DNA from: Candidatus Micrarchaeota archaeon
Lineage (GTDB): Archaea; Micrarchaeota; Micrarchaeia; Anstonellales; Anstonellaceae
DNA: 64,000 nt
Reading direction: 5' to 3'
Assembly (NCBI GenBank): GCA_026396415.1
Contig: JAPLWX010000050.1
Coordinates: forward strand, 15,783-79,782
Under the pieces are notes generated by a model. That model ran no database searches. It saw only the letters and a program-made list of their open reading frames with translations, and was not told the DNA's origin. The position numbers and the translations under genes were made by a program. Shown in pieces: positions 18,914 through 27,639 of the stretch. Position 1 is the first letter of the stretch. Each line of letters starts with the position of its first letter.

Positions 18914-19105
18914 AAAGCGGGCGGAAAAGCATGAAAAGCAGCGCGAGCTTTGGAAAAAAGCGGGAAACTAGGGGCAGGGGAATCAGGAAAAAAAGGAAAA
19001 AGGTGAAAAAGTGCAAAGCCGTGCGGGGGAAGCATGAAAAAAGGGAAAAAAGCAAAAAGCGGGCGCAAAAAGAAAAATCAAAATAAAAAAAAGGAAAGTG
19101 CGCGC
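18914..19105. repeat. about 190-bp strand-asymmetric purine-rich (A/G) low-complexity tract between convergent genes; includes the oligo-T terminator (minus strand) of the DUF350 gene
   Basis: The plus strand is almost entirely A/G, with repeated aaaaag(c)g and ggaaaaa units. On the minus strand a T-run (ccttttttttatttt) sits directly 3' of the stop at 19106. Confidence 0.6.
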
Positions 19106-19639
19106 TTACGCCCATCCGAGCGACATTGCCACGCCCTGCGGGGAGAGTGCGCTTGCCATGCTTCCCACTGCGCCGCGAATGACAAACGACACTGCAAAGA
19201 GCACGGCAGCCATCATTATCGCGACCGCGACGTTTCCGCGCTTGAGCTCCTTGAATTCGTCGATGCCCACTGTTATCTTGTCAAGCATGATGATTGCCAC
19301 GTAGATGGACAATATGGCAAGCACTACTCCCACGATGAGGTTCACAACGCCTATCAAAAGCGCGGCTGAAAGCTCCATCGCGGTAAGTCCCGGCACGATG
19401 CTTTGCGCAAGGCCATACACGCCCCCCTCCACCACATTCGCGATGGAGAGGATGATGGCGCCAAGCAGGATGGCAACCGCGACATTGCCCCTCTGCAGCT
19501 CTTTCATCTCGTCTATCCCTTCAGTCAGCTTGTCAAACATCCGTATGCCAAGGTACACCGAGCCCATTGCAAGGAACAGCCCGATTGTAAGCTGCGCAAC
19601 GGCAATCCCTATGCCTATAAGCAAATTCTCAACACCCAT
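19106..19639 (-). CDS. DUF350-family membrane protein with internal duplication (two DUF350 repeats)
   Basis: Two homologous halves each contain FDK(L/I)T(E/V)GIDE(M/F)KEL(Q/K)RGNVAVAI, flanked by hydrophobic helices. Confidence 0.55.
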   Translation of the reverse strand: MGVENLLIGIGIAVAQLTIGLFLAMGSVYLGIRMFDKLTEGIDEMKELQRGNVAVAILLGAIILSIANVVEGGVYGLAQSIVPGLTAMELSAALLIGVVNLIVGVVLAILSIYVAIIMLDKITVGIDEFKELKRGNVAVAIMMAAVLFAVSFVIRGAVGSMASALSPQGVAMSLGWA

Positions 19640-19779
19640 CCTATCCCTCCTGCAACGCAGGCGAAGGCAGGGTTTAAAAAGAATGCGCCGCTTCGCAGGC
19701 TGCCTGCCATGCCCCGGGCGCTACCCATCGCAGGCAGCGAATAATATATAAGGTTTCACAGGCCAATGCCCAACGGGAG

Positions 19780-20184
19780 ATGGATATGAAGCAGCTTACC
19801 GTGGTTGTCGCAGACAAAGTCGGAGTGCTGGCCGAGCTTTCCTACCTTCTTGGCAAGGCGCGCGTGAACATAGAGGCCATATCCGCCGAGGTCCAGGGCG
19901 GGAAAAGCGTGATAAGCCTCGTGGTGAGCGACGAGAAGAAGGCAGAGATGATACTGAAGTCGAACGGCTACCATGTCCTTGCCGGCGAAATACTTGTGGT
20001 GAAGGTGAAGGACGCGCCTGGCGCCCTTTCGGAAATCTCGAAAAAGCTCCAGAGAGCGAAGATAAACATCGAGAGCATCTACCTTCTCACGCGCGGCGAG
20101 GGCTACTCGCTTGACGCTCTCATGGTGGACAAGCCAAAGAAGGCGAAAAAGGTGCTTGCCGGGTATCTCGTGGCTGCGCAGTAG
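19780..20184 (+). CDS. ACT domain-containing protein
   Basis: 134 aa. Pattern LTVVVADKVGVLAELSYLLGKARVNIEAISAEVQGGKSVISLVV fits the ACT fold, and the pattern is duplicated within the protein. Confidence 0.55.
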   Translation: MDMKQLTVVVADKVGVLAELSYLLGKARVNIEAISAEVQGGKSVISLVVSDEKKAEMILKSNGYHVLAGEILVVKVKDAPGALSEISKKLQRAKINIESIYLLTRGEGYSLDALMVDKPKKAKKVLAGYLVAAQ

Positions 20185-20212
20185 GGCGCGCAATTCAGGC
20201 GCCTGGTCATGT

Positions 20213-20623
20213 TTGGGTGATTTTATCAAGCAGATAACCGTGGTTGCAGAGGACAAGGTCGGCCTCATTGCCGACATCTCCTACATACTTGGCAAGGCGA
20301 GGATAAACATAGACTCCCTCTCGGCCGAGGTCCAGGGCAACAAGTGCTTCATCGACATATCTGTAAAGGACGAGGCAAAGGCGGTTTTGCTCCTGACCAG
20401 CAACGGCTACCAGGTGCTGAAAGCAGACATGCTGGTGGTGAAGATAAAAGACGAGCCTGCGCAGATGGCCCAGTTCACCTCCAGGCTCGCAAAGGAGAAA
20501 ATCAGCACACTGTCCATGCACCTTATCGCAAAGGAGGGCGGGTATGACACCTATGCGCTCCAGGTGAACCACGCTGCAAAGGCGAAGCGCGTGCTTGCTT
20601 CTTACATGAAAAAAGCGCAATAA
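20213..20623 (+). CDS. ACT domain-containing protein (tandem paralog)
   Basis: Close paralog of the preceding gene (ITVVAEDKVGLIADISYILGKARINIDSLSAEVQGNKCFIDISV). A TTG start at 20213 is inferred. Confidence 0.5.
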   Translation: MGDFIKQITVVAEDKVGLIADISYILGKARINIDSLSAEVQGNKCFIDISVKDEAKAVLLLTSNGYQVLKADMLVVKIKDEPAQMAQFTSRLAKEKISTLSMHLIAKEGGYDTYALQVNHAAKAKRVLASYMKKAQ

Positions 20624-20652
20624 ACCAAAAGGCGCTGCATAACGGGCGGACG

Positions 20653-21525
20653 TTAAACTTCGACCTCTAGCTCTGCCCCCTTCACGCTTGCCTTGTAAGC
20701 GGCAATCGCCTGGTTGATGCCCTCCTCGCTTGCGCCCTCCTTTTTCATCTTCCTGACAAGTGCCAGCAGCCCCTCCAGCATGTCGAAGTTCCTGCTGACT
20801 TCCTCGGCCGCCTTTTTCACTTCCGCGCGCTCCTTATCTATCCTCGCAAGCGCCTCCTCCTGCGAGGCAAGCCTTTGCTGGAGCTTTTCCATCCTCTCTT
20901 CCGCAGCCTTCTGCGCGCCGCTTTCCTCCCTCTGGTTGGCATAATAGTAGTCCAGAGCCTCGCAAAGCGCGGCAAACCGCTTCCCGCCTTTTGCAGAGTC
21001 TATGGAAAACGAGACAGGCTCTCCCTTCGCGTTCTCCTGCACGCAAAAAGCAACCTTCTCAGGAGTTTTTTGCACAAACAGCGTTGCTTTCGGGTACTCA
21101 TACCTCTCCCCGCGCGCCACCATTCTTCCGCCAGCATCGTCCTTCTGCAGGCAGGCATAGACGAGCCCATCTTCGCCAACAAGGATGAGGTTTCCCTTCC
21201 TGAAAAGCTCGAACACCAGCTTCTCCTTGCTGCGCGTGGTTATCTCCACTATCCGTTCGCCTGGCACCCGCGCTATCTCCTGTGCAGTCTTCCCCTCAAG
21301 ATTTTTCCTCAGGAAGCCCACAAACCCGTCAGGCGCGTCCGTGGCCTGCAGCGCCTGCCTGGTGAGGTGCAGCCGCACGCCAGGCTGGAAAAGCACCTCT
21401 TCCGAGCCAATCTTGAAAAGGAAAATCCCCTCGGGCGTCTTCCTTATGCGCGCTATCCTTTTCCCCTGCAAGCGGGCAAGCTCCAGCAGCACATAAGCGA
21501 GGTCAGCGCCAGACATTTTCTGCAT
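20653..21525 (-). CDS. NFACT-N/FbpA-N-like domain protein with C-terminal coiled coil (possibly a short Rqc2/NEMF-family relative)
   Basis: The N-terminus MSGADLAYVLLELARLQGKRIARIRKTPEGIFLFKIG resembles the NFACT-N domain. Full-length archaeal Rqc2 homologs are about twice as long. Confidence 0.35.
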   Translation of the reverse strand: MQKMSGADLAYVLLELARLQGKRIARIRKTPEGIFLFKIGSEEVLFQPGVRLHLTRQALQATDAPDGFVGFLRKNLEGKTAQEIARVPGERIVEITTRSKEKLVFELFRKGNLILVGEDGLVYACLQKDDAGGRMVARGERYEYPKATLFVQKTPEKVAFCVQENAKGEPVSFSIDSAKGGKRFAALCEALDYYYANQREESGAQKAAEERMEKLQQRLASQEEALARIDKERAEVKKAAEEVSRNFDMLEGLLALVRKMKKEGASEEGINQAIAAYKASVKGAELEVEV

Positions 21526-21546
21526 ATTTCTCTCTTGCCGACCATC

Positions 21547-21560
21547 TTTAATATATCTTC
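21547..21560 (+). promoter_or_regulatory. TATA box ctttaatatatctt about 27 nt upstream of the ahcY ATG
   Basis: The spacing is canonical for an archaeal TATA box and the sequence is AT-rich. Confidence 0.4.
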
Positions 21561-21585
21561 CTTTCGAAACCCTATAGGTGTTCCC

Positions 21586-22881
21586 ATGTCAAAAGTAAAA
21601 GATGCCTCTTTGGCGAAAAAAGGCGCTGCCGAGCTTGTCTGGGCGCGCGCCAACATGCCCGTGCTTGCGCAGATAAGGAAAAGGTTCGAGAAGGAAAAGC
21701 CATTTGCAGGGCTTACCATTTCAGTTGCGCTTCACCTCGAGAAAAAGACAGGCATACTGCTCGAGACGCTTGCCGCGGGCGGCGCGCGCGTATTCGCATC
21801 GTCCTGCAACCCCATGAGCACCAATGACGCCGCCGCCGCAGCGCTGGCGGCTGGGGGAAAAATAGAAGTGTTCGCATGGGCGAACCAGACAAGCGAGGAA
21901 TACTATTCCTGCCTGAATGCGGTGCTGGACGCCAAGCCTGACATCGTGATTGACGACGGCTGCGACCTTATCAACTTATTGCACACCAGCCGCAAGGGCG
22001 AGATGAAAAAGATAATCGGCGCGTGCGAGGAGACGACAACCGGCATAAACAGGCTATTTGCAATGCAGAAGGCAGGCAAGCTCCTCTTCCCGGTATTCGC
22101 AGTGAACAATGCGCACTCCAAGTTCCTGCTGGACAACCAGTTCGGCACCGCGCAGTCCACGGTGGATGCCATTTCCCGCGCCACCAATGTAATCCTGGCA
22201 GGCAAGACTGTGGTGGTGGCAGGGTATGGCTGGTGCGGCAGGGGTGTTGCCTCGCGCATGAAGGGGATGGGTGCAAACGTCATTGTGGTTGAAATAGACG
22301 GCACGCTGGGGCCGCATGAGAGCGGGCTGCATCGCGCGCTTTTGGCGCACTACGAAGGCTACCGCGTGATGGACATGCCTTCAGCCGCGCGCATCGGAGA
22401 CATCTTCATCACGGCAACAGGCAACAAGAACGTGATTGGCAAGGAGCATTTCGCCCTCCTGAAGAACGGCGCCATGCTCTCCAACACAGGCCACTTCAAC
22501 GTGGAGATAGACGAGCCGGCGCTCCGTGCAATTTCCAAGCGCGTGTTTGATGTAAAGGAAAACGTGGAGGGCTACGAGCAGAAGGACGGGCGCATCATTT
22601 ACCTGCTGTCCGAAGGCAGGCTGGTGAACCTCGCGCAGCCCTCAGGGCAGGGGCACCCCATCGAGATAATGGACGGCTCATTCGCGCTCCAGGCGCTCTG
22701 CTGCGAATTGCTTGCGAAAAGCGCAAAGGCAAAAGGCAAGATGAAGCCTGGCGTGATGCCTGTTCCCAAGGATGTGGACGATGCAGTCGCGCGCATGCTT
22801 CTTGCCTCAAAGGGCGTAAAGCTTGAGGCGCCGACCGCGGAGCAGAAGAAGTACGCCGAAAGCTTCGAGGAAGGAACTTAA
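21586..22881 (+). CDS. ahcY: adenosylhomocysteinase (S-adenosyl-L-homocysteine hydrolase)
   Basis: Motifs LHLEKKTGILLETLAAGGARV, GYGWCGRGVA and HFNVEID are hallmark SAHH. The ATG at 21586 is used. The upstream 711 nt of the track ORF is antisense to the neighbouring gene. Confidence 0.9.
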   Translation: MSKVKDASLAKKGAAELVWARANMPVLAQIRKRFEKEKPFAGLTISVALHLEKKTGILLETLAAGGARVFASSCNPMSTNDAAAAALAAGGKIEVFAWANQTSEEYYSCLNAVLDAKPDIVIDDGCDLINLLHTSRKGEMKKIIGACEETTTGINRLFAMQKAGKLLFPVFAVNNAHSKFLLDNQFGTAQSTVDAISRATNVILAGKTVVVAGYGWCGRGVASRMKGMGANVIVVEIDGTLGPHESGLHRALLAHYEGYRVMDMPSAARIGDIFITATGNKNVIGKEHFALLKNGAMLSNTGHFNVEIDEPALRAISKRVFDVKENVEGYEQKDGRIIYLLSEGRLVNLAQPSGQGHPIEIMDGSFALQALCCELLAKSAKAKGKMKPGVMPVPKDVDDAVARMLLASKGVKLEAPTAEQKKYAESFEEGT

Positions 22882-22884
22882 TTC

Positions 22885-23382
22885 TCACTCGAAAACCAGC
22901 TTCACGTCCTGCTCCACAAGCGAGCGCAGCACAGTCTCCAGCGAGCCGATGTCAAGGGGCAGGTGCGCGATGTCCGCGCGCGCAATCCTCACCTTTGTTA
23001 TCTCCTTGCCCTCGTGGAATGCGTGGTTTATGCCAAGCAGGCGCGCGGGCGTGATGATGTCCGCAATTGTCTTCTTCACGTCCCCTGTCGCCTCGGCAAT
23101 CCTCACCTTCTTGCCAAGCGAGGAGGAAATCTCGGAAACTATCTTCCCCTGCTTTCCTATGAGCAGCCCCGCCTCCCCTTTCGTGAGTATGAGCACCACC
23201 CTTCCCAGGTCGATTGCCTTGTAGAAAGAGGCATTGGAAATGTTGTACCTGTCGTTTATCTTGTAGAGTATCCGCGCGACCTCGAAATCAAGCTTCGTCA
23301 TCCTGCCATCCGCGATCTTTTTCTCGCACGAGGGGCAAAGCTCGCCTGACTTGAGGTCTGAGTCGCAAACAGGAGTTTTCAT
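22885..23382 (-). CDS. KH-domain RNA-binding protein with N-terminal Cys4 zinc ribbon (archaeal NusA-like)
   Basis: A CDSD...CPSC ribbon is followed by a GXXG KH motif (GLLIGKQGKIV). The start is placed at the ATG at 23382 (MKTPVCD). Confidence 0.5.
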   Translation of the reverse strand: MKTPVCDSDLKSGELCPSCEKKIADGRMTKLDFEVARILYKINDRYNISNASFYKAIDLGRVVLILTKGEAGLLIGKQGKIVSEISSSLGKKVRIAEATGDVKKTIADIITPARLLGINHAFHEGKEITKVRIARADIAHLPLDIGSLETVLRSLVEQDVKLVFE

Positions 23383-23419
23383 CCAACCACCTTCTGTTTT
23401 TGGAAAGGCGGCGGCTGGA

Positions 23420-23743
23420 TCACTTTGCAAGCTTGATTTCGATAGCCGAGACTTTCGACTTTGTCCCGTCCTCGGAGTCAAGCTCCTCTGTCTTTGTGAG
23501 TATGCCCTCTATCTTCGCATCAGGCAGGAACCTGTTCCTGACTATTTCCGCAACGTCCACCGCGCGCGAAATCGCCTTGCCCCTTGCCTTGATGAAGACC
23601 TCCCGCTCGCCATGGTTGAACTGAGTCACTACAGCAAGTACATATCCCATCACGCTTTTCTTGCCAATGTAAATGACATTCCCGTCCGTCCGCTCTGCCT
23701 GCGGCACCATCTGCCCTGCAGGCGCAGCTTCGTTTTGCGGCAT
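23420..23743 (-). CDS. albA: DNA/RNA-binding protein Alba
   Basis: The sequence [50 protein letters not shown] is almost canonical Alba. The start is MPQNE or MVPQ. Confidence 0.8.
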   Translation of the reverse strand: MPQNEAAPAGQMVPQAERTDGNVIYIGKKSVMGYVLAVVTQFNHGEREVFIKARGKAISRAVDVAEIVRNRFLPDAKIEGILTKTEELDSEDGTKSKVSAIEIKLAK

Positions 23744-23794
23744 TGTCCCTTCCATGCATCCACCCCTTTCCATTCCGCGAATATTATGCCTTAT

Positions 23795-24724
23795 TTACCG
23801 CCTTGCTTTCCGGTATTCTGCCACCAGCCTTTCCAAGTCCAACTCTTGCTCGCCCAAGTTATTTATTTGTTCGCTTTCAGCAGCGGGCTTTGCCTCTTTC
23901 TTCCTGGGCTCCTCATTTTTCGCGGGCGCCTGGTAGTGCGCAGTCCCCTTTTTCTTCCTCCACGCGAGCCTGTTCATGGCGTTTTGCAGCTGGAAGCGCA
24001 GCTTCCTGTACTCGGAATCGCGGACCACGGACTGCCTCACCCCGTTTTCCAGCAGCCTAAGCCTCTGCAGGAGCGCGGCCTTTTCCTCCTCCAGCCTTTC
24101 AAGCGATATCCTCAGGTTGGCGTTCTCGCGCGCAAGCGACTCCAGCCTTGAGCGAAGCTCGTCTGAAGAAGCGGCTTTCATGTGCGTATTTGCTTTCGCC
24201 GCATATGCCTCGGGCTTGGCATCAGGCTCGCGAAGCATCATGAAAGCATCCTGCACGCGCACCCCCCTCAGGAGCATATGTTTTATCCTGTCTTTTTCCC
24301 CGTGTTCCAATCCTTCAAGCGCGTCAATCTGGCGCAGCTTGTTGGCATGCGCGCGGTATGCGAACACTGCGGCGCAGTAGGCGTCGCGCTCGTGCGTGTT
24401 TTGAGTGCCCGCCCCGCGCGCCACAAGGCGCTTGTCCTCCTCCCTCACGCTCTGCCTCGGGACAAAGAGCCTGCAGGAAAAGTACGATGCAAGCCTCAGC
24501 GCTGCCTCGGGCGCAGGATTGGTGTCGCACGCGACCAGCGAAGGCGTGCCTAGTGCCTCGATAATGCGCGCAGCGTCCGAAAAACCGCCCATTGTGGAGC
24601 GCGTGGCGATTTTCCTGCCGTCCAGCCCCACCGCTGCTATGCCAAATGTAGAGCCAGGGTCAAGCCCCACAATAACATGCCTTTTTTCCGACAAGCAGCC
24701 ACCAAAATCAGTCGCTTCCCGCAC
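23795..24724 (-). CDS. DUF460-like archaeal protein (RNase H-like N-terminal domain plus coiled coil)
   Basis: The N-terminus reads VIVGLDPGSTFGIAAVGLDG. The C-terminal heptad-repeat region reads LRSRLESLARENANLRISLERLEEEKAALLQRL. Confidence 0.5.
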   Translation of the reverse strand: MREATDFGGCLSEKRHVIVGLDPGSTFGIAAVGLDGRKIATRSTMGGFSDAARIIEALGTPSLVACDTNPAPEAALRLASYFSCRLFVPRQSVREEDKRLVARGAGTQNTHERDAYCAAVFAYRAHANKLRQIDALEGLEHGEKDRIKHMLLRGVRVQDAFMMLREPDAKPEAYAAKANTHMKAASSDELRSRLESLARENANLRISLERLEEEKAALLQRLRLLENGVRQSVVRDSEYRKLRFQLQNAMNRLAWRKKKGTAHYQAPAKNEEPRKKEAKPAAESEQINNLGEQELDLERLVAEYRKARR

Positions 24725-25970
24725 CGGCTTCCCCGCTTCCGAGCTTCTTCTTCGTTATAGCCTGGTGCAGCACCACGTGCGTGTTGCGCTCAATATTTTC
24801 TTTTACCACCACGCTCGCGTCTATCCAGCACCCGTCGCCTATCATCTTGCCGGGCATCACCGCGCAAAGCACGCCCATTTTCGTGTTGTCGCCTATTATC
24901 GCGCCAAGCTTGTTCCTCTTCGTGTCGATGACGACGTCGTTCACCACTGCGTGGATGTGCCCTGCGTCAAAGCGGTAGTTCGCAATCTGCGTCGCGGCTC
25001 CGAAATTGCAGTTGCTTCCAACAATGGAGTCGCCGATGTAGGTGAGGTGCTTGGCATTCACATGGTCGAACAGTATGGCGTTTTTCAGCGTGGTGGAGTC
25101 GCCTATGCCGCAGTCCCTGCCAATCGAGGTGGTGCCCCGAATATATGCATGCGGGCCCACCTCGGTCTTTTCGCCGATGTAGACATTTCCCTCAAGGTAG
25201 GAGTCATACACCACCGCATCCTTCTCCATGATGACTTTCCCCTTCACCGTGCAGTTCTCAAGCTTGCCCTTCTTCTCAGGCAATTTTGAAAGCAGGAACT
25301 CGTTTGCCGAGAAAAGCTGCCAGGGCATGCCCATGTCAAGCCAGAAGCCGCCCACCTCCACTGCGGTGGCGCCGAGCAGCAGGTCGGTTATCTCATATTC
25401 CCCGCGCGCTGACTTTTTCACATTCCTAATTTTTTTGAAAATGGACGGCTCGAAAACGTACAATGAACAGTTGGCAAGGTTGCTTTTGGGCTTTTCCGCT
25501 TTCTCCTCAAAGCCGGAAATCCTGCCTGCCTTCACCACCGCGGTGCCGTACTCGCGCGCATCCTCCACGGCGCGCAGCGCCGCGGTTGCCTCTCCCGATG
25601 CGCCCTCAGCCAGTTTTTTGAGCGCCTCAGGCTCTGATATGATGTCCCCTGCCACCCCGAAAAACTGGTCCGTGGCAAAGGATTCGGCATAGCCGAATGC
25701 CGCGGCAGTGCCGTAATTCTCGCCCTGCTCGATGAATGACAGCTTCATGCCTGGCACAGGGTGCGCTGCAAAGTAGTCGGATATTGTCTCCTTCCTGTAC
25801 TTGACCACCACGGCTGCCTCGGAAACGCCTACGGACTTGAGATTCTCAAGCACGTGCGCAAGTATGGGCTTTCCAGCAAGCTGTATCATGCACTTGGGGC
25901 GCGTGTAGGTGAGCGGGCGCAGCCGCCTGCCCTCGCCAGCAGCCAGCACCACTGCCTTCTTGATTGCCAT
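24708..25970 (-). CDS. bifunctional sugar-1-phosphate nucleotidylyltransferase / left-handed beta-helix acyltransferase (archaeal GlmU-like)
   Basis: The N-terminus AVVLAAGEGRRLRPLTYTRPKCMI is a nucleotidyltransferase motif. The C-terminal hexapeptide repeats read IGDSIVGSNCNFGAATQIAN... The ATG at 25970 is used. Confidence 0.8.
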   Translation of the reverse strand: MAIKKAVVLAAGEGRRLRPLTYTRPKCMIQLAGKPILAHVLENLKSVGVSEAAVVVKYRKETISDYFAAHPVPGMKLSFIEQGENYGTAAAFGYAESFATDQFFGVAGDIISEPEALKKLAEGASGEATAALRAVEDAREYGTAVVKAGRISGFEEKAEKPKSNLANCSLYVFEPSIFKKIRNVKKSARGEYEITDLLLGATAVEVGGFWLDMGMPWQLFSANEFLLSKLPEKKGKLENCTVKGKVIMEKDAVVYDSYLEGNVYIGEKTEVGPHAYIRGTTSIGRDCGIGDSTTLKNAILFDHVNAKHLTYIGDSIVGSNCNFGAATQIANYRFDAGHIHAVVNDVVIDTKRNKLGAIIGDNTKMGVLCAVMPGKMIGDGCWIDASVVVKENIERNTHVVLHQAITKKKLGSGEAGAGSD

Positions 25971-26037
25971 GCTGCCCTTTTGCCCATGCCACTTTATTAA
26001 ATTTCGCGAGTCTGCCAGCCGCAAGGCAAAAACAAGG

Positions 26038-27369
26038 TCAGGCAATCGCTGCCAGTATGGCTTTTTCAGCAGCAGCAACCGTTTCGTCCAGCTTTTTCTT
26101 GCCCTTAAACTCGCATGTAAGGCGCATGGCGGGCTCGGTGCCGGAAGGGCGCACAAGAAGCCAGCCATCGGAAAAATCATAGCGCAGTCCGTCTATGGTG
26201 GAAAGCTTTGCTTCAGGGAACGCCAGCCCCCCTGCCAGCTCCGCCATTATCCTTTCCTTGCTTTTTCCCCCGCACCCGTACTTGCGCCTCTCTATGGGAT
26301 ATGTTTTCACGCCGTCTGCAAGCGCGGAAAGCCTGCCTTTTGTGCAGAATATCTCAGCAAGGCAAAGCGCGGAGAGGAGCCCGTCCGCGCAAGGCGTGGA
26401 GGACGGGAAAACATACTCCCCGCAAGGCTCGCCGCCAAAAACCGCGCCCTGCTTTTTCACCTGCTCGGCAACAAACAGGCTGCCAACAGGGGTGATAGAA
26501 AGCCTGCCGCCCGCCTTCTCCACAGTCTCCTTAACGCAAAGCGAAGCCTCCACCGTGCTGACAATCGCGCCTTTTTTCTTTTTCAGGAAATGCGCGCAGA
26601 AAATGGCAAGCTGCACATCCAGCGCAAGCACCCTTCCTTTCTCGTCAATGCCGATTGCGCGGTCCCCGTCCCCGTCGAATGCAATCCCAAGGTCGCACCT
26701 GTTCTTCTTCACGGCCTCTGATGCCACGGTAAGTGTTTCTGCTTTTGGCTCCAAATCCCTCCCGGGCTTTCCAGGCTCGCTGCAGTACAGCTCCACCACC
26801 TCGCAGCCGGCAGCCCTCAAAAGCGCAGGGGCTAAAATGGAGGCAGCGGCATTCCCAGCATCAACCAGCACGCGCGGCTTCCTGCCTGCAATGGATGGCG
26901 TGTCCACCTGCGGGAGCAGGAAATGGGCATACTCCTGCGCATAGTCTTTGCTCTCCTTCTGCCCGGCCTCATTCCAGGCAACCGCGCTTTCCTTGCCTGC
27001 AATTGCCGCTTCCACTTCGGCTTCCTGGCTGCGCGTGAATTCCGAGCCGCATGAAAACAGCTTTATGCCATTGTATTCCGGCGGATTGTGCGATGCCGTG
27101 ACCATGGCGCCATTGCACTTCTCGCGCGCGGTGGCATATGCCAGCAAAGGGGTGGGCGCCATGCCGATATCAACAACGCCTGCTCCCGAAAGCATGGCCC
27201 CCGCGGCAATCGCATTTGCAAGAAGCGGGGAAGTGGAGCGCGCATCGCGCGCAATAATGAGTTTTCCCCCTTTCTTCCCAGCCGCGCCTCCTGTGCGCAT
27301 GGCGAGGGAAGCAGTGACCTCCTTGCCGTAAATGCCCCGTATGCCTGATGTCCCGAACAAGCCTGCCAT
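26038..27369 (-). CDS. glmM: phosphohexomutase (phosphoglucosamine mutase / phosphomannomutase family)
   Basis: The N-terminus reads LFGTSGIRGIYG. The active-site serine loop is TASHNPPEYNGIKLF. The C-terminus is GWLLVRPSGTEP. Confidence 0.85.
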   Translation of the reverse strand: MAGLFGTSGIRGIYGKEVTASLAMRTGGAAGKKGGKLIIARDARSTSPLLANAIAAGAMLSGAGVVDIGMAPTPLLAYATAREKCNGAMVTASHNPPEYNGIKLFSCGSEFTRSQEAEVEAAIAGKESAVAWNEAGQKESKDYAQEYAHFLLPQVDTPSIAGRKPRVLVDAGNAAASILAPALLRAAGCEVVELYCSEPGKPGRDLEPKAETLTVASEAVKKNRCDLGIAFDGDGDRAIGIDEKGRVLALDVQLAIFCAHFLKKKKGAIVSTVEASLCVKETVEKAGGRLSITPVGSLFVAEQVKKQGAVFGGEPCGEYVFPSSTPCADGLLSALCLAEIFCTKGRLSALADGVKTYPIERRKYGCGGKSKERIMAELAGGLAFPEAKLSTIDGLRYDFSDGWLLVRPSGTEPAMRLTCEFKGKKKLDETVAAAEKAILAAIA

Positions 27370-27422
27370 GCTTTGGCTTGGGGCAAATAGCCTTTTAAAG
27401 TCTTAATCTCACAGACCTCGAT

Positions 27423-27599
27423 ATGAGCGTGGACAGGCTATCCGTGGCAGGCCCGCAGTCCGCTGCGGGGATAATGGGGATTTCCTCCAACACCAACCTT
27501 GGCGGCATCAAGTTCAACCCGCGCGGGGTGGTGCTCTTCTCGGCAGTCTTCATAGTGGTCGTGAAAATCATCGACACGCTGCTGAGAGGCAGCGCCTGA
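27423..27599 (+). CDS. secG: preprotein translocase subunit Sec61-beta (SecG), 58 aa; below the ORF-track length cutoff
   Basis: The manual translation is MSVDRLSVAGPQSAAGIMGISSNTNLGGIKFNPRGVVLFSAVFIVVVKIIDTLLRGSA. This has the G-rich N-terminus and the single C-terminal TM helix typical of archaeal Sec-beta. The overlapping minus-strand track ORF (27395-27613) is judged spurious. Confidence 0.55.
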   Translation: MSVDRLSVAGPQSAAGIMGISSNTNLGGIKFNPRGVVLFSAVFIVVVKIIDTLLRGSA

Positions 27600-27639
27600 G
27601 CCAGGCTAAGCAAACCATTTTCCTTAGCGGAAGCCCTCT

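Noticed and set aside
18751-19369. ORFs of 79-111 aa across the purine-rich tract
   Set aside because: Low-complexity translations (poly-Lys/Phe/Ser) generated by the homopurine tract, not genes.
20875-21585. 5' part of the 668-aa ORF containing ahcY
   Set aside because: It is antisense to the NFACT-like gene. The SAHH sequence begins at MSKVKD (21586), which has a TATA box upstream.
25909-26721. 270-aa plus-strand ORF
   Set aside because: Antisense to the well-supported glmM-like and GlmU-like genes.
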